64,000 nt of DNA from Candidatus Hydrogenedens sp. (GTDB lineage Bacteria > Hydrogenedentota > Hydrogenedentia > Hydrogenedentales > Hydrogenedentaceae), in assembly GCA_049968235.1 (NCBI GenBank), contig JBMFRC010000011.1, positions 35,251-99,250 of the forward strand. Reading direction: 5' to 3'. The notes beneath the pieces were generated by a model, which saw nothing but the letters and a program-made list of their open reading frames with translations, did not search any database and was not told where the DNA came from. Both the position numbers and the translations under genes were made by a program. Positions 1 through 10,447 of this stretch are shown piece by piece (positions within the stretch are counted from its first letter, which is position 1; each line of letters starts with the position of its first letter).

Positions 1-159
1 CTGGACCATTACTTCATCTTTTAATAAAGATAAATCCTCAGTTTCTTTTAAAGCAAAGACAGTGTTAGAAGTTATAATGATGGAGATAAGATTTGAGAAT
101 ATAAAAAACCCTATTCTATTTATCACATTGTAATACCTGTTTTATGTTATTCAATTAAT

Positions 160-1206
160 TTATAAAGTAATAGGCTTTCTAAGACGGGCAGATTTATAAA
201 TTTTTTCAATAAGTGCAACTGCATTTCTTCCTTCCCTACCGTCTACAGCAGGTTTACGACCTTTTATAATCGCATGGGCAAAATCTTCAATCTGACGCCG
301 ATGTCCTTCAATTTTTAAGGCAGATAATGGGTCACCGGCACCTGAACCCAACTCTGATTCTTTAGCCATAGATTGTTCCACTTTTGTATCAATAGGCTTT
401 TTCTTACTAAATCTCCAGAAAACTAATTTTCCATCTTCAAGCACGGCACTACCTTCAAAACCATGGATTTCTACACGAGCAGGATGACCGGGCCAGATAG
501 CGGTACTTCCTTCAATTACACCGTATGCACCGTTTTGAAATTCAAGAGTTGCGGTAGCCAGGTCTTCTACTTCCAAGCCTTCATGAGCAATACATTGCGT
601 TTGGGCATATAGTCTCTTTACCGGACCCATAAACCAGAGGAGTAAATCGATTTGATGAATTCCCTGATTCATTAAGGCACCTCCCCCATCCAATTTCCAA
701 GTCCCTCTCCATGAGGCACTAGCATAATATTCTTTAGAACGGAACCATTTAATATAGGCATCACCTAAAACTAATTTGCCAAAGCGATTTTGTTCTATAG
801 CTTGCTTGACTAACCGAGAACCTTCTGCAAAACGACTCTGGAAAATACAACCTAAAAGGACACCGTATTTATCTGCGGCTTTTATAATACGGTCAATCCG
901 TTGTGTAGTAACTTCCAAAGGCTTTTCCGAAAGGATATGTTTTCCAGCCATAGCACAGTTTTCAGCAATTTCAGCACGCAGACCGCTTGGCACACAAATA
1001 CAAATTGCCTGTATATCTTTTCGTTCTAACATTTTTTTATAATCGGTATAGGGTTCTGCATTATATTGGCTTGCCAGTTTTACCGCATTCTTTTCAACAA
1101 CATCTGAAACAGCAATTAATTTTGCATTAGGAATTGCATTTATTGCAGATGCATGAACAGGACCGATATTCCCACAGCCAATAATTCCAAATCCTACTTT
1201 CTTCAT
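160..1206 (-). CDS. Gfo/Idh/MocA family NAD(P)-dependent oxidoreductase
   Basis: N-terminal Rossmann motif MKKVGFGIIGCGNIG, EKP motif (SEKPLE) and the C-terminal alpha/beta domain typical of the family. Start moved to the internal ATG (Met37 of the track ORF), which is preceded by GGAGGAG. Confidence 0.75.
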   Translation of the reverse strand: MKKVGFGIIGCGNIGPVHASAINAIPNAKLIAVSDVVEKNAVKLASQYNAEPYTDYKKMLERKDIQAICICVPSGLRAEIAENCAMAGKHILSEKPLEVTTQRIDRIIKAADKYGVLLGCIFQSRFAEGSRLVKQAIEQNRFGKLVLGDAYIKWFRSKEYYASASWRGTWKLDGGGALMNQGIHQIDLLLWFMGPVKRLYAQTQCIAHEGLEVEDLATATLEFQNGAYGVIEGSTAIWPGHPARVEIHGFEGSAVLEDGKLVFWRFSKKKPIDTKVEQSMAKESELGSGAGDPLSALKIEGHRRQIEDFAHAIIKGRKPAVDGREGRNAVALIEKIYKSARLRKPITL

Positions 1207-1359
1207 TTCATACTCCTCCAATAATTTGTTTATACATGTTAAAACTTTTACTTTTTGAGATAATATAAGCGGACTACATCGTAAATTATAACTATGATAT
1301 AATAGCAAATCCAACCTTATGTATTACGATGTGTTATCTATTTTTGTAAGGATATTTTT

Positions 1360-2532
1360 ATGAAATTGTCTCTGCAATTTGGTGCAGGAAATATTGGTAG
1401 AGGTTTCTTAGGTCAACTTTTCTTTGAAAGTGGCTATCATACCCTTTTTATAGATGTTGTCCCTGAACTTGTGGAACACATAAACAAAATAAAGAAATAT
1501 CCCATCAAAGTTGTTGGAGATATTGAATACACTATATTTGTTGAGAATGTATCTGCTCTTTTACTTACCGAAAAAGAAAAAGTGGCAGAAGCGGTTCAAA
1601 AATCGGACATAATTGCTACAGCGGTAGGGGCAAAGGGAGTACCGGCTGTTGCGGAAATTCTTTCTAAGGGAATTGCAAAAAGATTAGAGGAAAAAGTTAT
1701 AAAACCCTTAAACATTATCATCTGTGAAAACCTCCCTGAACCAAAGAAGACTTTTTATCAGGAAATAACCTCATATCTCCCGAAATATCTATTAGAACCT
1801 TTTGAAACATATATAGGATTGGTTGAGGCGTCTATAGGAAGAATGGTCCCTATTATTACAGAAGAGGATAAAAAGGAACATCCTTTGCTGGTTCGGGTTG
1901 AAGAATACTGTGAACTTCCTGTAGATGCAGATGCTTTCAAAGGAGATATTCCCCAAATTAAGGGGATGAAATTATGTCGTCCTTTTTCCGGATATGTTCA
2001 TCGTAAATTATATGTGCATAATCTTACTCATGCTGTATGTGCCTATCTGGGAAGGTTAAAGGACTATAAATTCATTTGGGAAGCCATCGAAGATAATGAA
2101 ATATATACGATAACAAAGGATGCAGGGATAGAAAGTGCAAAAGCCATTCATAAATTAGATGGACTTCCTTTTTCTGAACTTGAAGAGTATATCAATGACC
2201 TATTGATAAGGTATAGGAATAGACATTTAGGAGACCAGATAGAACGCGTGGCAAAAGACCCTATTCGTAAATTAAGTGAGGGAGAAAGATTAATCGGTTC
2301 TGCTATGTATTGTTTAACTGCGGGAATAACTCCTTTAAATATCTCCTTAGGTATAGCAGGTGCTATATTCTACAATGGTAACGATGAATCCTCCCAAAAA
2401 TTGAAGCAGATAAGAGATTTGAATGGTGTTCATGGAGTGTTAAAAGATATATGTAAAATAGATGAAATACATCCACTATTTAATCTAATAATAGAAGCAA
2501 TAAACAAATTAAAAAATAAAAACTGGTTATAA
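1360..2532 (+). CDS. mtlD: mannitol-1-phosphate 5-dehydrogenase family (MtlD-like) polyol dehydrogenase
   Basis: N-terminus MKLSLQFGAGNIGRGFLG matches the MtlD MKALHFGAGNIGRGFIG signature. Also present: LNIIICEN, GMKL, RKLYVHNLTHAVCAYLG, ERVAKDPIRKLSEGERLIG, corresponding to conserved MtlD blocks. Confidence 0.7.
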   Translation: MKLSLQFGAGNIGRGFLGQLFFESGYHTLFIDVVPELVEHINKIKKYPIKVVGDIEYTIFVENVSALLLTEKEKVAEAVQKSDIIATAVGAKGVPAVAEILSKGIAKRLEEKVIKPLNIIICENLPEPKKTFYQEITSYLPKYLLEPFETYIGLVEASIGRMVPIITEEDKKEHPLLVRVEEYCELPVDADAFKGDIPQIKGMKLCRPFSGYVHRKLYVHNLTHAVCAYLGRLKDYKFIWEAIEDNEIYTITKDAGIESAKAIHKLDGLPFSELEEYINDLLIRYRNRHLGDQIERVAKDPIRKLSEGERLIGSAMYCLTAGITPLNISLGIAGAIFYNGNDESSQKLKQIRDLNGVHGVLKDICKIDEIHPLFNLIIEAINKLKNKNWL

Positions 2533-2556
2533 AAACATCAACAGAAGGATAAAATC

Positions 2557-3891
2557 ATGTTTGAAGTAAAAATGCCTAAGTTAGGACAAACGGTAGAAGA
2601 AGCAATGATTGTCCAATGGCTCAAACAAGAAGGTGAGGAAGTTAAAGAAGGAGAACCCTTATTTACCGTTCAAACCGATAAAGCAGAAATTGAATTTGAA
2701 TCACCTGCAAGTGGGACGCTATTGAAAATATTGGTGGAAGCAGGTATTGAGATACCTGTGTTAACAGTAGTAGCCCTCATAGGGGATAAGAATGAAGCCA
2801 TTCCTTCGGAATATGCCCGGGGAGGTATATCGGAAGCATCCCCAAAATTGGCGGATAAAGAAAAACTTGAAATAAAAGAAGAGACACCTACCACAATGCC
2901 TCCTGCCCCAGTTGCAACAGGTCAATCGACCACAATGTCTGAAAAAGTTATTGCATCTCCGAGAGCAAAAAAGGTAGCAGAAATTCATAATATTCCTTTG
3001 CAAAATGTTTCGGGTTCTGGAGTTGGTGGGAGAATTATGTCTTCCGATGTTGAAAATGCTATACAATCGCAGGTTAAAGCAACACCTGTAGCACGAAAAT
3101 TAGCAGAACAGGGAGGAATTAATTTGCACAATGTTACAGGTTCAGGACCTCATGGGAAAATTATGAAAGAGGATGTTGAAAAAGTAAAGACATCTCCTCC
3201 CCCGGAAACCGCTACATCTACACTGCCTCCCACTATGAAAAAGATACCTCTTACACCCATGCGTAAAATTATTGCAGAGCGTATGGGACAAAGCATGCAT
3301 ATTGCACCTCATTACTACATAACCGTTGAAATAGATATGTCGAATGCTAAAATTTTACGCGGAAAACTACCCTTTAAGGTATCTTTTAACGATATTGTTC
3401 TTTATGCTGTAGTAAAGACACTTCGCGAGTTTCCATCCGTAAATGTGCAATGGGGGGGCGATTGTATTATTCAAATGCCGGATATTAACTTAGGGGTTGC
3501 TGTTGCTTTACCGCAAGGTTTAATTGTTCCTGTAATCCCAAAAGCACAGGAATTATCTTTAGAGGGGCTTTCCAAAAAAGCAAAGGAACTCATTACCAAA
3601 GCACAAAATAACAAATTACTCCCGGATGACTATACAGGCAATACATTTACAGTGTCTAATTTGGGACCGTATGGAGTAGACCATTTTACTGCGATTATAA
3701 ATCAACCTGATAGTGCTATTCTGGCGGTTGGACAGATTAAAGATAGACCGGTGGTTGTTGATGGGGGTATATTTATTCGTTCTATAATGAAAGTTACTAT
3801 GTCCTGTGACCATCGGGTTATAGATGGAGCATTGGGTGGTCAGTTTATGGGCAGGTTCCGTGAAATATTGGAATTGGCAGATTTTATGTGA
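2557..3891 (+). CDS. dihydrolipoamide acyltransferase (E2) of a 2-oxoacid dehydrogenase complex: one lipoyl domain, two peripheral-subunit-binding domains, catalytic domain
   Basis: Lipoyl-lysine context TVQTDKAEIEF. Two PSBD-like segments (ASPRAKKVAEIHNIPLQNVSGSGVGGRI and TPVARKLAEQGGINLHNVTGSGPHGKI). Catalytic DHRVIDGA motif near the C-terminus. Confidence 0.85.
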   Translation: MFEVKMPKLGQTVEEAMIVQWLKQEGEEVKEGEPLFTVQTDKAEIEFESPASGTLLKILVEAGIEIPVLTVVALIGDKNEAIPSEYARGGISEASPKLADKEKLEIKEETPTTMPPAPVATGQSTTMSEKVIASPRAKKVAEIHNIPLQNVSGSGVGGRIMSSDVENAIQSQVKATPVARKLAEQGGINLHNVTGSGPHGKIMKEDVEKVKTSPPPETATSTLPPTMKKIPLTPMRKIIAERMGQSMHIAPHYYITVEIDMSNAKILRGKLPFKVSFNDIVLYAVVKTLREFPSVNVQWGGDCIIQMPDINLGVAVALPQGLIVPVIPKAQELSLEGLSKKAKELITKAQNNKLLPDDYTGNTFTVSNLGPYGVDHFTAIINQPDSAILAVGQIKDRPVVVDGGIFIRSIMKVTMSCDHRVIDGALGGQFMGRFREILELADFM

Positions 3892-3919
3892 TAACCCAAA
3901 AAGAAAAGGAGAAAGAATA

Positions 3920-5308
3920 ATGGCTGATTATGATGTTATCGTAATAGGTGCTGGTCCAGGAGGATATGTTTCTGCAATTCGTTCCGCACAAAGAGGTGCC
4001 AAAACAGCAGTGATTGAGAAAAAATATTTAGGTGGGGTATGTTTAAATATTGGTTGTATCCCGACAAAAACATTAATAAACACTGCGGGTCTCTACCGTA
4101 AGTTGAAAAAAATAGACGAATTCGGTATTCATGTTGGTAATGTCCAATTAGACCTTAATCAATTGAAGCAACGGAAAGATAAAGTCATTTCTTTAAATAC
4201 CGGTGGTATTGAACGACTTTTCAAATCTTACCATATTGATTGGATTAAGGGCGAAGCAATCATTCATAAACCCAATGAAGTTACTGTTGATGGTAAACAA
4301 ATTACCTCTAAAAACTTAATAATAGCCACGGGTGGGAGGCCTATCGAATTACCTATTTTACCTTTCGATAAAAAACAAATTATTGATAGTTCGCAAGCGT
4401 TGGAATTAACAGAAATACCCGAGCGAATTGGTATTATAGGAGCCGGGGCTATTGGGTGTGAATTTTCTAGTATCTGGAATAGTTTTGGAGCAGAAATACA
4501 TCTTATTGAAATGCTACCGCATATTCTTCCAAAAGAAGATGAGGAACTTGCAAAAAGACTTGAATCTATATTCAAAAAGGAGGGTATTCAGGTTTATACA
4601 GGTAGCAAATTAAAAGGGGCAAAAATAAATGATGGTGGTATTACTCTTTCTATTGAAGGAAACAAAAATGTTGAAATTACAGTTGACCTTGTTCTTGTAT
4701 GTGTAGGGATGCGATGTAATTCAGACTGTATACAGGAACCCCTTCGCAGTGCACTTAAAATCAATAAGAAAGGTGGAATTACAGTAAATGAGAAGATGGA
4801 GACAGGGGTTCCGGGTGTATATGCAATTGGTGATGTTATTGACCGTACATGGCTGGCACATGGTGCTTCTAATGAAGGTATTGTAGCGAGCACAAATGCT
4901 ACAGGTGGAAATAAGCGAATGGACTACCGTATTCTCCCAGCTTGTACCTTTACATTTCCGGAACTGGCAAGTGTTGGATTAACAGAAGCAAAGGCAAAAG
5001 AACTGGGTTATTCTGTTAAAACTGGGAAATTCCTCTTTTCTGGAAATGGTCGAGCACATACCATCGGTGAAGCAGAAGGTATGCTGAAGATAGTAGGTAA
5101 TACTCACACAGATGAAATTTTAGGTGTCCACATTTTAGGACCGGAAGCAGGTGAAATAATAGCAATTGCCAGTGTTGCCATGAAATTGGAAAGCACTGTT
5201 GAAGAATTAGCAGAGACTATCTTTACACATCCTACTTTATCCGAAGTGTTAATGGAAGCCAGTGAGGACTATTATGGAATGAGTATTCATAGTCCTGCGA
5301 AAAAATAG
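3920..5308 (+). CDS. lpdA: dihydrolipoyl dehydrogenase (E3)
   Basis: MADYDVIVIGAGPGGY FAD motif, redox-active disulfide GGVCLNIGCIPTK, C-terminal interface domain with HPT motif (FTHPTLSE). Start set at the ATG after AAGGAGAAAG RBS (Met33 of the track ORF). Confidence 0.9.
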   Translation: MADYDVIVIGAGPGGYVSAIRSAQRGAKTAVIEKKYLGGVCLNIGCIPTKTLINTAGLYRKLKKIDEFGIHVGNVQLDLNQLKQRKDKVISLNTGGIERLFKSYHIDWIKGEAIIHKPNEVTVDGKQITSKNLIIATGGRPIELPILPFDKKQIIDSSQALELTEIPERIGIIGAGAIGCEFSSIWNSFGAEIHLIEMLPHILPKEDEELAKRLESIFKKEGIQVYTGSKLKGAKINDGGITLSIEGNKNVEITVDLVLVCVGMRCNSDCIQEPLRSALKINKKGGITVNEKMETGVPGVYAIGDVIDRTWLAHGASNEGIVASTNATGGNKRMDYRILPACTFTFPELASVGLTEAKAKELGYSVKTGKFLFSGNGRAHTIGEAEGMLKIVGNTHTDEILGVHILGPEAGEIIAIASVAMKLESTVEELAETIFTHPTLSEVLMEASEDYYGMSIHSPAKK

Positions 5309-5372
5309 TTATATAATGTAAAAATCATCATCTTTTTTTGGGTTGATAATATAAATCCATTATAATGAATAC

Positions 5373-7643
5373 ATGACGAATATGAATGAGAATTCAAAAG
5401 CACATTTTAGAAGAGACGATGTATCGGTCTGTCTCTTCTTATTATTATTCCCTCTGGTAGTATTGGTAATTGATTTTTCACAAAATCAGATACCTGGGAA
5501 CTATACTTCTTTATATTATAGCCCACTATGGGTAGAGGGAAAATTAATAAGCAATGGGAGTTATAACAAAGATACACTTACGGATAGTTCTAAATATCTA
5601 TCCGATTATTTTTATATGTCTCAAGTAAAAAGTTTATCATCCCTATTGTGGGATAACACTTCGGGAGGAGGTATTCCTTTTCTTGCGAGATGGGAATCTC
5701 GTTGTTTTTCTATTTTTAGCATACCTTTTTATTTCCTACCTTTATGGAAATCCATTTACATTAGTATATGGTTAAAAATGATTATTGCGGGCATTGGAGC
5801 ATATCTACTTGCACTATCCATAGGTTTCTTACCATCTATAGGATTATTCGTCGCGATACTATTTCAGGTCAGCGGACATTTATTTTTCAATCCCATACAT
5901 CCTATAACAGATGTCATGGTTTGGTTTCCTTTATATCTATGTTTTGTAAATCTTGTTTTTTATCATTCATTTCGTTATTGGGTGTTATTATGTATATCTA
6001 TTGCTTTTATGTCATTGGGGGGTAGTATTGAAACATTAGTAGTTATTTTTGCTTTCACTATTTTATATATTCTCGTTGCATATTTCTTTGCTCGACCTGA
6101 AAATATCGTTTATTATATCCCCATTTTATTTGTTCTCTTTGCATGGATAACCGCATATGGACTTATTTCGTTTCAGATATTCCCTTATATGGAATGGAAT
6201 AATCACAGAGCAATTATTTCATCTATCTCCTCTATTCCTAATCTGGTTTACAAAGATTTATTAGGGCTATTTTTCCCAGCAGGAATCTCTGCAGAACATT
6301 CACATCTTATTCCCATTGTTTTGCTATGCTCTCCTGGCATCTGTTGTATTCTTTTATTGCCATTATGGCTCAGTGCTCGTTCTCTTATTCACTCAGAAAT
6401 GCGAGGGAAAACAGAGGCGTTTTTTGTTACAAGTTTATTTCTATTTGCAATTTTCTGTCTTATTTCTTGTTTGGACTTACAATTGCCCTATTTCAACAAT
6501 ATATCCCTGATTCATGTGGGTTGGTTTCTCATACTTTCAATGGGTTATATAATTGGAATGTCTATAGAATCTTGGAATTTGTTTTCTCCTGATGAATGTC
6601 GTCAGTGTGTGAAAAAATTATTAGTTTTTGCTGTAATATTCTGGATTTTATTATTCATGTCAGTTCTTGCAGGGAAATTATATGGTATCATAGGAACAGA
6701 ATGTTTCTGGAAAGAATTCGGAATTGCATTCTTCTTTTTACTATTAGTATTTCTATACTTGCTTTTTAGTCTTTTTTATCCTTCGCCCCGAAATTCAGGA
6801 TATATACTAACCCTTATTCTTTTGCTTTCCATTATCGTTATATATCGTCCCTATCGGATTACAACACCGATAGAATTATTAAAAGTAAATGAAGAATCCA
6901 TTAATAAATTAAAACAATATGGGACTCGTTTTGCAGGACCGGAACCTTTACAGAACTTTGTTTTCTCCATAGAGGGATTAAACATGATGGTTGTCCCACC
7001 GGAGAAATGTACCAAAAGATATTCCCTTTTCATGGAAAAGGCATTAGAGGACCCAAAACTCTGGTTTAGAACCGGAACTTCTTGTTTCCTTTTTACATCC
7101 ATTGAAAATTCTAATCCGAATAATTCTTTTTATAAAATAAGGTCCGAATTAAAATTAGCAGATATGTTCTCATCTGGAATGGCTATATTCAAATCCAACA
7201 AGAATGCTCCACGGGCATTTGTAATTTACAATGGAAAAACCACTGATACTATAAATCCTGATTTGCTTTCTTCGGATCTTCCTCATCTGGTTGAAAACGC
7301 TCTTATTCCCGAAACAACTTCTGTTACAGAACTTCCGGCGGTTGTCGAAGATATTTCTCCCACGCATGTCCGTATCAAAGTAGAAAAGACCAAACCCGGT
7401 ATACTTGTTTTAGCAGATACCTATTATCCGGGATGGTCTGTTAGCGTAGATAATATGGTCAAAGATATTATACCTGTTAACATTGCCTTTCGTGGAGTAG
7501 AACTCAGCGAAGGGGACCACCAGATTGATTTTGAATATCAATGTAAAGGTTTCTGGTGGGGTTTAACTATAAGTATTATTGCTGTCATTCTATTTCTTGG
7601 GATAATACGGTTTACTTTCCGTTTTTCCAGACAATTAATCTAA
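5373..7643 (+). CDS. YfhO-family polytopic membrane protein (putative glycan/lipid glycosyltransferase)
   Basis: More than 12 predicted TM helices followed by a C-terminal soluble domain with YYPGWSVSVDN...VNIAFRGVELSEGDHQIDFEYQ, resembling the conserved YfhO C-terminal block (Y-x-PGW-x-A-x-VDG...anlaFrgv.vpaG.H.vefrY). Confidence 0.55.
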   Translation: MTNMNENSKAHFRRDDVSVCLFLLLFPLVVLVIDFSQNQIPGNYTSLYYSPLWVEGKLISNGSYNKDTLTDSSKYLSDYFYMSQVKSLSSLLWDNTSGGGIPFLARWESRCFSIFSIPFYFLPLWKSIYISIWLKMIIAGIGAYLLALSIGFLPSIGLFVAILFQVSGHLFFNPIHPITDVMVWFPLYLCFVNLVFYHSFRYWVLLCISIAFMSLGGSIETLVVIFAFTILYILVAYFFARPENIVYYIPILFVLFAWITAYGLISFQIFPYMEWNNHRAIISSISSIPNLVYKDLLGLFFPAGISAEHSHLIPIVLLCSPGICCILLLPLWLSARSLIHSEMRGKTEAFFVTSLFLFAIFCLISCLDLQLPYFNNISLIHVGWFLILSMGYIIGMSIESWNLFSPDECRQCVKKLLVFAVIFWILLFMSVLAGKLYGIIGTECFWKEFGIAFFFLLLVFLYLLFSLFYPSPRNSGYILTLILLLSIIVIYRPYRITTPIELLKVNEESINKLKQYGTRFAGPEPLQNFVFSIEGLNMMVVPPEKCTKRYSLFMEKALEDPKLWFRTGTSCFLFTSIENSNPNNSFYKIRSELKLADMFSSGMAIFKSNKNAPRAFVIYNGKTTDTINPDLLSSDLPHLVENALIPETTSVTELPAVVEDISPTHVRIKVEKTKPGILVLADTYYPGWSVSVDNMVKDIIPVNIAFRGVELSEGDHQIDFEYQCKGFWWGLTISIIAVILFLGIIRFTFRFSRQLI

Positions 7644-7648
7644 TATTT

Positions 7649-10255
7649 TCATATAACTTTTTCTTCTCTCCTATCCACATTGAAGATTATTTCATTATTA
7701 TCGTTTGTATCAATGTGGACATGATCACCTTCTCGGATGCCCTGAGAAAGGATTTGCATTGCCAGAGCATCCACGACCTTACGCTGGATTAGGCGTTTTA
7801 ATGGTCTTGCTCCAAAAACGGGGTCATAGCCTTCTTCCGCGAGTAGTTCTTTAGCACTATCACTTACAGAAAGTCTGATTTCTCTATCCGATAATCGATT
7901 TATAACCTGATTTAATTGCAAATCAACAATTTGTCGTATCTCTTCTTTCTTCAACGGTTGGAATAGAATAATATCATCAACACGATTTAAGAATTCAGGA
8001 CGGAAATGATTATGAAGAATATTTGTTACATACTCAACCTGTTTCTCATAAGGCATGTTCGTTTTCTGGAATACTTCACTGCCTAAGTTTGATGTCATGA
8101 TAATAATTGTGTTTCTGAAATCTACTGTTCGACCTTTTCCGTCTGTTAATCGTCCATCATCAAGCAATTGTAGAAGGACATTGAATACTTCGGCGTGTGC
8201 TTTTTCAATTTCATCCAGAAGAACTACACTATAAGGTTTTCTTCTTACTGCTTCTGTAAGTTGTCCTCCTTCTTCATATCCGACATAACCGGGAGGTGCA
8301 CCAATAAGTCGTGCTACGGAATGTTTTTCCATGTATTCGGACATGTCAATCCGTATCATTGCCTGTTCATGGTCGAACAATAACTCCGCTAAAGCACGTG
8401 CCAGTTCTGTTTTTCCCACTCCTGTGGGTCCAAGGAAAATAAAAGAACCTATAGGACGATTGGGGTCTTTCAGTCCGGCTCTTGCTCTACGGACAGCATC
8501 GGACACAGCACGGATACCTTCTTTTTGTCCTACTACACGATGAGAGAGTCGTTCTTCCATATTTATTAATCTTTGCATTTCACCTTCCAATAGACGGTCT
8601 ACGGGAATTCCTGTCCAACTGGATACTATTTTGGAGATATGTTCATCGGTAACTTCTTCACTTAGAAAACTTCCGTTCTTTTGTATTTCCTCTAACTCTT
8701 TCTTTCTCAATTCTAATTCTTGTCTTAAGTGGTTCAATTCTCCATAGATAATTTCTGAGGCTTTTCCTAAATCACCCTGACGCTGTGCAATTTCAGATTG
8801 TCGTTTTGCTTCTTCAATGCGGGCATTAATTTCGCGGATTTGGTTTATTACCGCTCTTTCTGTTTGCCATTTTGCCTTTTTAGCGTTTAATTCTTCACGA
8901 ATTTCGGCAATTTCTTTTTCGATGGCTTCTCGTCTTTCGACACCTGACTTTTCCGTTTCTTTTTTTAATGCCAGATGTTCTATTTCTAATTGACGAATCC
9001 TTCTATCAAGCACATCAATCTCGTAAGGCATACTATCAATTTCTATCCGTAATCGGGAGGCAGCTTCATCAATCAGGTCAATCGCTTTATCCGGCAAAAA
9101 TCGGTCTGTGATATAACGATGGCTTAAATAAGCAGATGCAACAATGGCATCATCACGAATACGAACTCCGTGGTGTACCTCATATTTTTCTTTAAGACCA
9201 CGGAGAATAGCAATAGTATCCTCAACATCAGGTTCCTCTACAATAATTGGCTGAAATCTTCTTTCCAATGCAGGGTCTTTTTCAACATGCTTCCGATATT
9301 CATCGAGGGTTGTTGCCCCTATACAATGGAGTTCTCCGCGTGCTAAGGCGGGTTTTAACATGTTGGATGCGTCCATTGCTCCTTCGGCGGAACCCGCACC
9401 TATAAGTGTGTGCATCTCATCAATGAACAGGATTATATTCCCTTGAGACTCCTGGATAGTAGAAAGAACCGCTTTAAGTCGTTCTTCAAATTCACCACGA
9501 AACTTACTTCCAGCAATAAGAGCAGATAGATCTAAAGCATGAATTCGTTTGTTCTTTAATGATTCAGGGATATCTCCCGAAACTATTCGTTGTGCTAAAC
9601 CTTCTACTATGGCTGTTTTTCCGACACCGGGTTCGCCAATAAGCACCGGGTTATTTTTTGTTCTTCGGGATAAGACCTGAATCACTCTTCGTATTTCTTC
9701 GTCCCTACCAATAACAGGGTCTAATTTTCCTACCCGGGCTAACTGGGTTAAATCTCTACTAAACCGTTCCAGAGCATCATAGGTAGATTCCGCATTGGGG
9801 TCATCTACGCGTTGATTTCCTCTTACTTCTTTCAACGCAGATAATAGGGAAGTTTCCGTAATACCTAAATTTTTTAAGATTTTTCCTGCATGGTTCGTTT
9901 TTTCTCGAACCATACCTAACAGGACATGCTCGGAACTTAAATATTGGTCTTTTAATGTTTGGGCAAAATTCCATGATGTTTCTAATACCTGTTGAAGTTC
10001 ATAGGACAGATTGGGATTATGAAGACCCGATGAAATATGTGGAAGTTTCTCCATCTCTCTATTTATCGAAGCATTTATCTGTCCTTTTGAAAGCCCTAAT
10101 CTCTGTAGTATTGGAACAACTGCTGAATTTTCTTTCGTGATTAATGATGTTAGTAAATGTAAGGATGTAATTTCAGGATGTCCTTTATTTGTAGCTAAAT
10201 CAAGGGCTTCCGATAATGCATCCTGTAAAGGTATAGTTAATCTATCAAATCTCAT
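7649..10255 (-). CDS. clpB: ATP-dependent chaperone ClpB
   Basis: Clp N-domain repeats, two AAA+ modules with Walker A motifs ([16 protein letters not shown]), long coiled-coil middle domain between them, 868 aa. RBS AAGGAGG before the ATG. Confidence 0.95.
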   Translation of the reverse strand: MRFDRLTIPLQDALSEALDLATNKGHPEITSLHLLTSLITKENSAVVPILQRLGLSKGQINASINREMEKLPHISSGLHNPNLSYELQQVLETSWNFAQTLKDQYLSSEHVLLGMVREKTNHAGKILKNLGITETSLLSALKEVRGNQRVDDPNAESTYDALERFSRDLTQLARVGKLDPVIGRDEEIRRVIQVLSRRTKNNPVLIGEPGVGKTAIVEGLAQRIVSGDIPESLKNKRIHALDLSALIAGSKFRGEFEERLKAVLSTIQESQGNIILFIDEMHTLIGAGSAEGAMDASNMLKPALARGELHCIGATTLDEYRKHVEKDPALERRFQPIIVEEPDVEDTIAILRGLKEKYEVHHGVRIRDDAIVASAYLSHRYITDRFLPDKAIDLIDEAASRLRIEIDSMPYEIDVLDRRIRQLEIEHLALKKETEKSGVERREAIEKEIAEIREELNAKKAKWQTERAVINQIREINARIEEAKRQSEIAQRQGDLGKASEIIYGELNHLRQELELRKKELEEIQKNGSFLSEEVTDEHISKIVSSWTGIPVDRLLEGEMQRLINMEERLSHRVVGQKEGIRAVSDAVRRARAGLKDPNRPIGSFIFLGPTGVGKTELARALAELLFDHEQAMIRIDMSEYMEKHSVARLIGAPPGYVGYEEGGQLTEAVRRKPYSVVLLDEIEKAHAEVFNVLLQLLDDGRLTDGKGRTVDFRNTIIIMTSNLGSEVFQKTNMPYEKQVEYVTNILHNHFRPEFLNRVDDIILFQPLKKEEIRQIVDLQLNQVINRLSDREIRLSVSDSAKELLAEEGYDPVFGARPLKRLIQRKVVDALAMQILSQGIREGDHVHIDTNDNNEIIFNVDRREEKVI

Positions 10256-10291
10256 AATTTATTACCTCCTTCTTTTTATTTATTTTTTATT

Positions 10292-10307
10292 AGCAATTGG
10301 TGTGCCA
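10292..10307 (-). promoter_or_regulatory. sigma-54 (-24/-12) promoter upstream of clpB
   Basis: On the clpB coding strand the sequence reads TGGCAC-ACCAA-TTGCT, with consensus GG/GC spacing, about 35 nt upstream of the clpB ATG. Confidence 0.5.
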
Positions 10308-10385
10308 GATTAAAAAGTAGATTTTCTGCTCATTTTACATAATCTTTGTTTCAAAAAGAGATTTGTTTTGTAACACTGTTCCAGT

Positions 10386-10427
10386 TTAAAACAAAAGAGG
10401 CAAACCTTTTTGCAAAGATTTGCCTCT
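10386..10427 (-). terminator. rho-independent terminator downstream of the outer-membrane protein gene
   Basis: 9-bp inverted repeat AGAGGCAAA / TTTGCCTCT followed (on the minus strand) by TTTTGTTTT. Confidence 0.55.
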
Positions 10428-10447
10428 AATAATTACGACCTATTAAA

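Noticed and set aside
1207-1314. TTG-initiated N-terminal extension of the first oxidoreductase
   Set aside because: The Rossmann motif starts right after the internal ATG at 1206, which has a GGAGGAG RBS. The extension has no counterpart in the family.
3824-3919. Upstream extension of lpdA (track ORF starts at 3824, overlapping E2)
   Set aside because: The conserved N-terminus MADYDVIVIGAGPGGY begins at 3920 with an AAGGAGAAAG RBS. The extension overlaps the E2 C-terminus in another frame.
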